Shown: positions 28,878 through 37,223 of the stretch, in pieces | How the letters are laid out: every line of letters starts with the position of its first letter | How positions within the stretch are numbered: position 1 is the first letter of the stretch | DNA from: Marinicella sp. | GTDB taxonomy: Bacteria > Pseudomonadota > Gammaproteobacteria > Xanthomonadales > Marinicellaceae | DNA: 64,000 bases | Assembly: GCA_965230295.1 (NCBI GenBank) | Contig: OZ246001.1 | Span: 64,001-128,000 of the forward strand | Direction of reading: 5' to 3' | Translations under genes and position numbers: made by a program | The notes under the pieces: generated by a model | What the model was told of the DNA's origin: nothing | What the model saw: only the letters and a program-made list of their open reading frames with translations | Databases searched by the model: none

Positions 28878-29492
28878 TCATTGAGCAGTGTTGTTCTGAA
28901 TGTGAGGTTGTAACATCTTGGCCACGTATCTGGCGATGGTATCGACTTCAATATTAACAGGGTCTCGGACCTTTAACTGGCCCAAGTTGGTGTGCGTCAT
29001 GGTGTGAGGAACCAAATTAACCGTTAGTACATTGTCTTCAATGGTGTTGACTGTCAAGCTGACGCCGTTGATGGTGATGGAACCTTTGGTCACCACGAAT
29101 TGGCTGAGTTCAGCCGGTATTTCGAAGCTGAATATTTCGGAACGTGCACTGGGTTCACGGCTCAAACAACGGCCCACGGCATCGACATGTCCCGAGACGA
29201 TGTGCCCGCCCAATTGGTCTTGCAGTGTCATGGCCGGTTCTAAATTCAGTGTTGTGCCAGTTTGCCAGTTGGCCACTGTGGTTTTGTTCACTGTTTCTAC
29301 CGAAACATCTAAGTTGACGGCATCACCATCAATTTCAGTAACTGTCAAACACACACCATCCATCGCAATGGAGTCACCCAATTTAATCGTTTCCGGAGTG
29401 GCAAAATTGGTTTTAATTTTGAATGCTAAATCGCCAGATTTTTCCTCGCGATCAATGACTTGACCCAATGATTGTATGATACCTGTAAACAT
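28878..29492 (-). CDS. ribE: riboflavin synthase alpha chain
   Basis: MFTGII, GVCLTV, LGGHIVSGHVD. Confidence 0.97.
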   Translation of the reverse strand: MFTGIIQSLGQVIDREEKSGDLAFKIKTNFATPETIKLGDSIAMDGVCLTVTEIDGDAVNLDVSVETVNKTTVANWQTGTTLNLEPAMTLQDQLGGHIVSGHVDAVGRCLSREPSARSEIFSFEIPAELSQFVVTKGSITINGVSLTVNTIEDNVLTVNLVPHTMTHTNLGQLKVRDPVNIEVDTIARYVAKMLQPHIQNNTAQ

Positions 29493-29495
29493 GAT

Positions 29496-30620
29496 TTATG
29501 TCTTGATCAGTGCCCGCAAGCGCCAATCTTTACCAATTGCCTTTGATGAGATGGCCTTGATATGGTGTCGACTGACCATTTCTTCAATGCTTATTTTTAA
29601 CAAGGGTCTGGCTGTTGAACCCATAATCACCGGAGCTGTGTAAATGATGAACTCATCCAACAAGTCTGCCGACATCATGGCCCCTGCTAAAGTGGCACCA
29701 GATTCTAACAACACCTCATTGATTTCATGCATACCTAAATAGCGAATCACTTGATGCAAATCCACTTTAGCATCAGCACTGCGCATTACTTTTACCGTCA
29801 CGCCTAACTGTTCCAGACGTTGTTGTTTGAGTTGATTTTCGGTTGCTGTGACCAACAAGACCTGACCTGGTCGTGCAAGGATGCGTGCTTCTGTAGGTAT
29901 CCTAAACTGGCTGTCAATCACCACCCTAAGGGGCTGACTCACCTCATCCACCAGGTTCTTGCGATGTTTTCCCGAGAGGTCATCCGGCCTGAAATCTAAT
30001 TGACAATCATCTTGCAAAACCGTGCCAATGCCAGTGATGATGGCACCACTGCGACCCCGCCAATATTGCACATCAGCCCTGGCTTCTTTACCAGTGATCC
30101 AAAAGCTTTCGCCGCTGGCCATGGCTGTACGTCCATCCAGTGATTGGGCCAATTTACACCGCACCCAGGGCAATCCGGTTTCCATGCGGTGCAAGAACCC
30201 TCGGTTCAAATCACGCCCTTTGTTGGCAAGTATGCCTGATACAATTTCAATGCCTGCAGCCTGCAATTTGGCAAAACCTTGACCTGACACCAACGGATTG
30301 GGGTCGTCGTTACAAACCACCACCCGTTTGACTTGCGCTTTGATCAGAGCATCCGCACAGGGTGGATTTTTACCCACATGACTGCAAGGCTCTAAAGTCA
30401 CGTAAACTGTTGAACCTGCTGCTTTTTCTCCAGCTTGCTGCAACGCCAATGCTTCGGCATGCGGTTCACCGACACGTTGATGATAAGCGCTGGCAATGAT
30501 TTGACCACCTTTCACCACAACACAACCTACACGCGGATTGGCACCGGTGGTGAACACCCCTTTACTGGCCAGTTTGAGGGCTTTTTTCATGTATTTGCGA
30601 TGCCGGCTCTTGTGCTTCAT
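29496..30620 (-). CDS. ribD: bifunctional deaminase/reductase RibD
   Basis: NPRVG, HAE, LEPCSH, PPC, SLDGRTA. Confidence 0.97.
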   Translation of the reverse strand: MKHKSRHRKYMKKALKLASKGVFTTGANPRVGCVVVKGGQIIASAYHQRVGEPHAEALALQQAGEKAAGSTVYVTLEPCSHVGKNPPCADALIKAQVKRVVVCNDDPNPLVSGQGFAKLQAAGIEIVSGILANKGRDLNRGFLHRMETGLPWVRCKLAQSLDGRTAMASGESFWITGKEARADVQYWRGRSGAIITGIGTVLQDDCQLDFRPDDLSGKHRKNLVDEVSQPLRVVIDSQFRIPTEARILARPGQVLLVTATENQLKQQRLEQLGVTVKVMRSADAKVDLHQVIRYLGMHEINEVLLESGATLAGAMMSADLLDEFIIYTAPVIMGSTARPLLKISIEEMVSRHHIKAISSKAIGKDWRLRALIKT

Positions 30621-30701
30621 GGGTTGGTCAAAGATAATGACAAATTAATTTTGAAAAGCACATTTTAACAGCCTGATTGCAGGCTCGCGATAGAAAAACA
30701 T

Positions 30702-31529
30702 ATGAACCCAGTAAATTACCGACACATCATTGCCCAAGCCTTGTTAGAAGACATCCAAACCGGAGATTTGACCAGTGAAGCCATTTTTCCTCCCAGCCAA
30801 ACTTGTACCGCCCAATTGATTGCCAAACAGGGTGGTGTGATTGCCGGTTTGGCTGTGTTCAAAGAAAGTTTTTTGCTGTTTGATTCAACCGTGACTGTTG
30901 ATTTGAAGTTTGCCGATGGTGATCAATGCGAAAACCGCGATGTGATCGCCAAAATTGAAGGCCCGGTCTTATCGGTATTGGGGGCAGAACGGGTTGCTTT
31001 GAACCTGCTACAAAGAATGAGCGGTATTGCGACCTTAACCAACCAATTCGTCAGCCTGGCCCAAGGCAAGTGCAAAATACTGGACACACGCAAAACAGCA
31101 CCCAATTTACGGGTACTGGATAAATGGGCCGTTGAACTGGGAGGTGGCGTCAACCACCGCCACGGCCTTTACGACATGGCCATGCTCAAGGAAAACCACA
31201 TCAAAGCCGCTGGCGGTATCACCCAAGCGGTCAATAAATTGCTTGAATATGACAACCACCAGCGACCCATAGAAGTCGAAGTGACCAATCTGGATGAATT
31301 ACGTGAAGCTTTGACTTGTCCTGTTGATCGCATCATGCTGGATAATATGGACAACGAAACCATGGCTGAAGCGGTGACCATCACAGCGGATAAAATTGAT
31401 CTGGAGGCCTCTGGCAATGTCAATTTGGATACCATCGAAGGCATTTCACTCACGGGTGTTGACTACGTCTCCATTGGAGCACTCACCCATTCGGTGAAAG
31501 CCATGGATTACAGCTTGTTGGTGGTTTAA
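30702..31529 (+). CDS. nadC: quinolinate phosphoribosyltransferase
   Basis: ERVALN, DTRKT, NHRHGL, KENH, EASGNV, GALTHS. Confidence 0.97.
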   Translation: MNPVNYRHIIAQALLEDIQTGDLTSEAIFPPSQTCTAQLIAKQGGVIAGLAVFKESFLLFDSTVTVDLKFADGDQCENRDVIAKIEGPVLSVLGAERVALNLLQRMSGIATLTNQFVSLAQGKCKILDTRKTAPNLRVLDKWAVELGGGVNHRHGLYDMAMLKENHIKAAGGITQAVNKLLEYDNHQRPIEVEVTNLDELREALTCPVDRIMLDNMDNETMAEAVTITADKIDLEASGNVNLDTIEGISLTGVDYVSIGALTHSVKAMDYSLLVV

Positions 31530-31550
31530 TTAAAAAAGGATAAAGAAATC

Positions 31551-33215
31551 ATGAAGAAACCTGACATCAACATCGCCCTGTCACAACTTAACATCAAAGT
31601 GGGTGATATAGCTGGCAACCAACAATTGATTCTGGATGCCATCCAAGAAGCCAAAAATGAGGATATGGACATGTTGGTCCTCACCGAGTTAACGGTTTGT
31701 GGCTACCCTCCAGAAGATTTACTGTTTCATCAACAGTTTTTAGATGATTGTTATGCATCTATCAAGGCCATTGCCGATCATTGTACTGACATTGTTGTGG
31801 TCGTAGGCTTTCCAAGAAATCATCCCAATGAACCTGAGCTGTTACACAACTCGGCAGCCTTGATTCAGGATGGTGAAATCAAAATGATCTATGACAAACA
31901 CAAATTACCCAATTATTTGGTGTTCGATGAAAAGCGCTATTTCACCCCTGGCAACCATGATGGCATCGTCGAACTCACCATCAAGGGGCAGTTGTATACC
32001 CTTGGCATAACCATCTGTGAAGACATCTGGTATGAAGCTGAACCTGTGGTTTATCAAGCAGAGCATGGGGTGGATTTGTTGGTCAACATTTCAGCATCAC
32101 CTTATGCCAGCGGCAAGATTGGCAGTCGAATCAATATGTTACAACGGCGTGCTAAAACCTTTGCTACGCCGTTGGTGTACTGCAATTTGGTGGGTGGTCA
32201 AGATGAACTGATCTTTGATGGCACCAGTTGTGCCATTGATGCCGCAGGAGAACTCAAACTGTTGGCACCCTCATTTGATGCGGCCTTTACCTCAGTCAAT
32301 TTTGCCAAACCCAACACCCGAATCACTGAACCTGAAGAGCCTTTGGCCGAATTGTACGATGCTCTGGTGACTTGTACCCGCGACTACTTCCAGAAAAATG
32401 GCTTCAAAAAAGCCGTGTTGGGCTTGTCAGGTGGGATTGATTCAGCGTTAACCGCCGTGATTGCTGCCGATGCCATCGGCGCAGAAAACGTCACCGGCGT
32501 CCTGATGCCTTCTAAATATTCATCAGACCACTCAGTTTCTGATGCACAGCTACTCGCTGATACATTGGGGTTGAACAGCCACGTGGTCCCCATCAAGCCC
32601 ATGCACACCACCTTTCATGAGTTTTTGGAACCACTGTTCAATGAAGTCTATGACGACTACTTTCATCGACAAACCGATGAAAACATCCAGGCCAGGATTC
32701 GCGGCGTGCTGTTGATGGCTTTTTCCAATAACTCCAATGCCATCTTGTTATGTACCAGCAACAAAAGTGAAACTTCAGTGGGTTACACCACATTATATGG
32801 TGACATGGCGGGTGGTTTTGCCCCCATCAAAGACCTGTTTAAACTGCAAGTATATGCCCTGTGTGAATACCGCAACAGCATCGACCCAGCCGGCCCGGTG
32901 ATTCCACAAAACACCATCACCAAACCACCATCGGCTGAACTCAGGCCCGATCAAAAAGATTCCGATTCACTGCCAGATTATGAGGTATTGGATGGTATCC
33001 TGGAAAGTTACCTGCATCACCACAAAGATGCTGAACAGATCGCTACCGCAATGGATCAAGACATAGACTTGGTCATCAAGGTGCTGAAAATGGTCGATCG
33101 CAACGAATACAAGCGCCAACAAGCCGCCCCAGGTCCCAGAGTGACCCAAATGGCCTTTGGTAAAGACCGTCGCATGCCCATCACCAACGGCTTTGTGCAT
33201 TCAGGTCCGGGATAA
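31551..33215 (+). CDS. nadE: glutamine-dependent NAD+ synthetase
   Basis: Nitrilase domain (ICEDIW) plus SGGIDS, ENIQARIR, NKSE, PSAELRPDQKD. Confidence 0.97.
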   Translation: MKKPDINIALSQLNIKVGDIAGNQQLILDAIQEAKNEDMDMLVLTELTVCGYPPEDLLFHQQFLDDCYASIKAIADHCTDIVVVVGFPRNHPNEPELLHNSAALIQDGEIKMIYDKHKLPNYLVFDEKRYFTPGNHDGIVELTIKGQLYTLGITICEDIWYEAEPVVYQAEHGVDLLVNISASPYASGKIGSRINMLQRRAKTFATPLVYCNLVGGQDELIFDGTSCAIDAAGELKLLAPSFDAAFTSVNFAKPNTRITEPEEPLAELYDALVTCTRDYFQKNGFKKAVLGLSGGIDSALTAVIAADAIGAENVTGVLMPSKYSSDHSVSDAQLLADTLGLNSHVVPIKPMHTTFHEFLEPLFNEVYDDYFHRQTDENIQARIRGVLLMAFSNNSNAILLCTSNKSETSVGYTTLYGDMAGGFAPIKDLFKLQVYALCEYRNSIDPAGPVIPQNTITKPPSAELRPDQKDSDSLPDYEVLDGILESYLHHHKDAEQIATAMDQDIDLVIKVLKMVDRNEYKRQQAAPGPRVTQMAFGKDRRMPITNGFVHSGPG

Positions 33216-33270
33216 GTAAACTGAAACATCCGGATAACCCAATCAGCATTGAATGAACAGTAAAAATTCT

Positions 33271-33384
33271 GTCATTCTACAGCTTGACTGTAGAATCCAG
33301 GCAGTTGATGCTTCAGCTAGCTGATTACCCATGTATATATAATGATCATATTGCCTGGATGCTGCGATCAAGTCGCAGCATGAC
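33271..33384. repeat. inverted pair of REP-like palindromes
   Basis: GTCATTCTACAGCTTGACTGTAGAATCCAGGCA and an inverted copy reading GTCATGCTGCGACTTGATCGCAGCATCCAGGCA. Confidence 0.75.
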
Positions 33385-33439
33385 GTATTGATTAATTCAA
33401 CACAAATGGTCAGCACTCTTGTTATAAACTTAAAAAAGG

Positions 33440-34111
33440 ATGAATGAAACCATACAACAAAACATGACGGCTTACACCCTGGTCTTCGGTCTCACCGCAG
33501 ACCCCATTCACAAGGGCCATAAACAAGTCATTATCAACAGCTTTGCCTACGCCCGAATGCATGGCATCGAAATCAATAAGTTCTTGCTGGTACCCACCTA
33601 CCAGCCCAACCTGATTGCTGGCAAACAACAACCCAGAACAGCTTACCAGCATCGATACAGGATGTGTGAACTGGTGACCAATGAAATGATTAAGTACTTT
33701 AACTACCCTGTTGAAGTGTCTGATATTGAAAAACAATTGTATTTAAAAAGCAACAAGAAAAGTTACAGCTACGACACCCTAAAGGCCATTTCGGACCACA
33801 ACAAACTGTTCGTCCTCAGTGCCGATCATTTTGCCGGCCGTTGGCCTAAATTCAGAAAATGGCACCGCTGGCAAACGCTGGTCAAAGAAAATGGGCTGCT
33901 GATCCACCAAAGACCTGGCCATGGCATCAATGCCACCTTCATCCAACAACTTAAAACCATTAACCCAGCGATCCACTTGGTCAAAAATTTACCGGCAGTG
34001 GACGTCTCATCAACTCAGATACGACAAACCATAAATACAAATGCCAAACAAAATCAGCTGATTGATGAAGCAGTTTACCAATACATAAAACAATATGGCA
34101 TGTACCAATAA
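33440..34111 (+). CDS. nadD: nicotinate-nucleotide adenylyltransferase
   Basis: FGLTADPIHKGH (HxGH), SYSYDTL, VSSTQIR; follows nadC-nadE. Confidence 0.85.
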   Translation: MNETIQQNMTAYTLVFGLTADPIHKGHKQVIINSFAYARMHGIEINKFLLVPTYQPNLIAGKQQPRTAYQHRYRMCELVTNEMIKYFNYPVEVSDIEKQLYLKSNKKSYSYDTLKAISDHNKLFVLSADHFAGRWPKFRKWHRWQTLVKENGLLIHQRPGHGINATFIQQLKTINPAIHLVKNLPAVDVSSTQIRQTINTNAKQNQLIDEAVYQYIKQYGMYQ

Positions 34112-34171
34112 CATGGAACTGCCGCCCACATTCCAGGTCTGAACATTCTATTAATACCAAGGAGCGGCCAC

Positions 34172-34624
34172 ATTAAAGCAACCAAAGTCATCATCATTGC
34201 ATCACTTGTTCTTTTGTTTTTTGGCATGACATTCACAAGAATTACCATAGGCTCCATCAGCAAAGCCAAATACAAAGAAACCCAAATCATGTTGAAAAAG
34301 TGGGCCCAAGCAGCCCTAGAGCACCAAGCAGATACAGGATCACTGCCTTCGCAACTCGTTCACTTAGTAAATGACACAGGCACCACTGGTTGGCGAGGTC
34401 CTTACATGAAATCGAAAGACTTGATCGATCCATGGGACTTGACTTATACCTATGAAGTGGACCATTCCACTGGTACGATGATGTTGTGTTCACTGGGGTC
34501 AAATCGCGCACTGGGTGGTAAAGATATGGCCACTGATGTGACCTTGCTGGTCAAAAACGCTGAAATGGTGTATCAATATGATCGATTTTGCTGTCTTGTA
34601 AACCATCCATTAAAAAGTAATTAA
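34172..34624 (+). CDS. GspG-like (T2SSG domain) protein; start uncertain (ATT 34172 or TTG 34214)
   Basis: WRGPYM...DPWD...YTY...SLGSN..LGG motif; N-terminal hydrophobic helix. Confidence 0.75.
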   Translation: MKATKVIIIASLVLLFFGMTFTRITIGSISKAKYKETQIMLKKWAQAALEHQADTGSLPSQLVHLVNDTGTTGWRGPYMKSKDLIDPWDLTYTYEVDHSTGTMMLCSLGSNRALGGKDMATDVTLLVKNAEMVYQYDRFCCLVNHPLKSN

Positions 34625-34627
34625 AGC

Positions 34628-35059
34628 GTGTTGCAGAGGATATTGAGTGTATTCTTCATACTCACCACCATTTTAATAGCAGTGGGGTGGCAGGCCAGTA
34701 ACCCCCCACATTGCAGCTATCAAATGAAAAGTGTTATTGATCTGAAAGAATTGGTTGAAGCCAGTTTAGAACATCGCTTAGACACCAATCACTATCCAAA
34801 TAACCTCTTTGACTTGGCCTTTGAGCCTTCGAACAAAGGCTGGTGGCTAGGACCTTATATCAAAGAAAAGGACATCTTAGATCCATGGGGCGAACCTTAT
34901 CATTATTTAGTTGACCCTGCGAACCATACAATCATCATCTATACCTTGGGCTCTGATCACGTTGTTGGCGGTCAAGACCAAGCCAGCGACTTGATAATTT
35001 TAGCCAAGGGCTCAGATAAAATGGTGTTCAGCCAAGCGTTTAAACCCATGACAAAATAA
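34628..35059 (+). CDS. GspG-like (T2SSG domain) protein
   Basis: LDTNHYP, WLGPYI..DPWGEPYHY, TLGSD..GG. Confidence 0.8.
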   Translation: MLQRILSVFFILTTILIAVGWQASNPPHCSYQMKSVIDLKELVEASLEHRLDTNHYPNNLFDLAFEPSNKGWWLGPYIKEKDILDPWGEPYHYLVDPANHTIIIYTLGSDHVVGGQDQASDLIILAKGSDKMVFSQAFKPMTK

Positions 35060-35106
35060 TCGAAATTTACTATCAGTTAACAATATAGCTGATTTATAAT
35101 AATTAG

Positions 35107-36294
35107 ATGGACAGATATCTGGCAAAACCAACCTATACATTGCCGTTACTCATGATCATTTTTTTCTTGACGGCATGTTCCTCTTCATCTCGAGTAAATC
35201 TTAAAAATAATTATACCGAACAAGATTTGTTTCATGACAACTTGATGGGTGAGCCACCCAAGTTATTAACACTTAAAGAAGTGTTTGAACTGACTCCGGA
35301 ACAAAAAGAACATTTTACCCGCAAGTACCACAGTTTTAGATACCGGGATTTGTCTGACAGCCAGCGCATTTATGAGTTTTTAAAAGACCAGCTTGATTCG
35401 TTTAACTTTCATTCGGACACATTGATTGCCACCGAGGCCATGGCGCAAAACTCTGGTAACTGTTTGTCGCTGGCAATACTGACCAAAGCCCTGGCACAAA
35501 TAACCAATGTAGGGGTCAATTATGAACTGGCCAGAACGCCACCGGTTTTTCAAAGAGAAGGCGACTTGCTACTCAGTTCGCAACACATACGGGCGGTCAT
35601 ATTTGACAAAAACTCCAGGAACGCCAAGCAATTCATCAAACCCAACCTGAAAATTAAGGTTGATTACTTCTCTACAATAGGCTCTCGCATGTTAAGGCGG
35701 GTTAACAAAGAAGAGTTTTATGCCATGTTTTACAGCAACCGTGCTGCAGAGGCGATGGTCGATAACCAATTTAAAAAGGCATACTGGCATTTGAAAGAAG
35801 CCCTCAGACATGACAATGACAATGTCATAGCAATCAACATTCTGGGGGTGATATACAGCCGCCTTGGCCATAAAGAATATGCTGAAAGGGTTTTTCAATA
35901 TGGCCTCTCAACAGGAAAAAATCAACTGGAATTACTCAACAATTACCACAACCTGTTGGTTCAACTGAACCGCCATGAAGATGCCGCACTGATTGCCAAG
36001 AAACTTGAAAACTACGATGACCCAGATCCATTTAAATGGATTGATTTGGCCAATGCTGAAATGCGGGAAACCAATTACAACAAAGCCTTACTGTTGTTTG
36101 AAAAAGCAGCTGAAAAAGCCAATTACTTACATCAACCGTACGCTGGCATAGCCCAAGCAAACTTTCAATTAGGCAGAACCAACCGAGCCATTAAAGCCAT
36201 GAAACTGGCCATTAAAAACTCTCATCGACATCAAACAACATCGATATATCAAGCGAAATACGATCAAATGATTTCCATACAAAACACCCCTTAG
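35107..36294 (+). CDS. TPR lipoprotein with transglutaminase-like domain
   Basis: LTAC lipobox, GNCLSLAIL, C-terminal TPR helices. Confidence 0.75.
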   Translation: MDRYLAKPTYTLPLLMIIFFLTACSSSSRVNLKNNYTEQDLFHDNLMGEPPKLLTLKEVFELTPEQKEHFTRKYHSFRYRDLSDSQRIYEFLKDQLDSFNFHSDTLIATEAMAQNSGNCLSLAILTKALAQITNVGVNYELARTPPVFQREGDLLLSSQHIRAVIFDKNSRNAKQFIKPNLKIKVDYFSTIGSRMLRRVNKEEFYAMFYSNRAAEAMVDNQFKKAYWHLKEALRHDNDNVIAINILGVIYSRLGHKEYAERVFQYGLSTGKNQLELLNNYHNLLVQLNRHEDAALIAKKLENYDDPDPFKWIDLANAEMRETNYNKALLLFEKAAEKANYLHQPYAGIAQANFQLGRTNRAIKAMKLAIKNSHRHQTTSIYQAKYDQMISIQNTP

Positions 36295-36367
36295 CGATAA
36301 ACAATCGCCACGACATTACTGCTACAATAGCCACCAGTTTTTAAGCCAAACTGGAGACCCATACACC

Positions 36368-36955
36368 ATGCAGCACATCATCTGTACCAGCAACCACATC
36401 GTTGAGAATGCACTTTCAGGGGAAGGTTTCATAAAAACCAATGACCCAATATTTAATTTAAATCACCTCTGGATTGGCCCCAGACCTCATTTGGAAGAGG
36501 ATGAAAACTTCAAACAAATTATTCCCTATGTGATCCTTTCACATCAAGGGAAAATTGCGGTTTATCAACGCACCAGAAAAGGCGGGGAAAGTCGCTTGCA
36601 CAACCAGAATTCCATTGGTTTTGGCGGCCACATTGATGCATTTGATTTGGCCTATGATGACGATGGTACCATCAACCTAGATCAAACCATCGAAACCTCT
36701 GCACAGCGAGAAATTGATGAAGAATTGATTGTTTCCGAGGTTGTCAGCAAAACCCAGTTGGGTTACATCCTAGACAACAGCAACCCGGTTGGGCGTGTCC
36801 ATATCGGCGTGGTTGAACGCTGGGAACTGGCTTCTCCAGAGGTACGCAGCAACGAAGATGAAATAGAAGTGTTGGGCTTGTTTGAATTGGACCAGTTGAA
36901 AAAGATGACCAATACCATGGAAAACTGGAGCGAACACATCGTCAAAGGCTTATAA
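36368..36955 (+). CDS. NUDIX-family predicted phosphoesterase
   Basis: EEDENFKQIIPYV, GESRLH, SIGFGGHI, REIDEEL, VGRVHIG, ENWS. Confidence 0.85.
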   Translation: MQHIICTSNHIVENALSGEGFIKTNDPIFNLNHLWIGPRPHLEEDENFKQIIPYVILSHQGKIAVYQRTRKGGESRLHNQNSIGFGGHIDAFDLAYDDDGTINLDQTIETSAQREIDEELIVSEVVSKTQLGYILDNSNPVGRVHIGVVERWELASPEVRSNEDEIEVLGLFELDQLKKMTNTMENWSEHIVKGL

Positions 36956-37002
36956 AGTACTGTTATCAGAGCATATACATTAAACCAACTCCATAATCCC
37001 AT

Positions 37003-37223
37003 TCATTTCGACTCACTCAGTACAGGGCATGTCGAAGCTGCGGTTTGCCAGAATTACTATGTTCCAAATTTCAGTTCATTTCGGCTCCGCTCAATGAACG
37101 TTACCGTTGGCTGAGCATTTCGACTTAGTCTGAACTTTGCACAGTTCATTTCGACTCCGCTCAATGAACGGCCCGCTGGCTGAGCACTTCGGCCCGCTCA
37201 GTACTGGCTTAGTCGAAGCCAGT
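37003..37223. repeat. cluster of TTCGACTCCGCTCA-type palindromic repeats
   Basis: CAGTTCATTTCG(G/A)CTCCGCTCAATGAACG at 37072 and 37142, each followed by GGCTGAGCA; further degenerate copies. Confidence 0.75.

Noticed and set aside
30621-30701. FMN riboswitch upstream of ribD
   Set aside because: The spacer is only 81 bp and lacks the conserved RFN motifs
37072-37211. Possible CRISPR mini-array
   Set aside because: Only two units, the intervening sequences resemble each other, and the motif is REP-like
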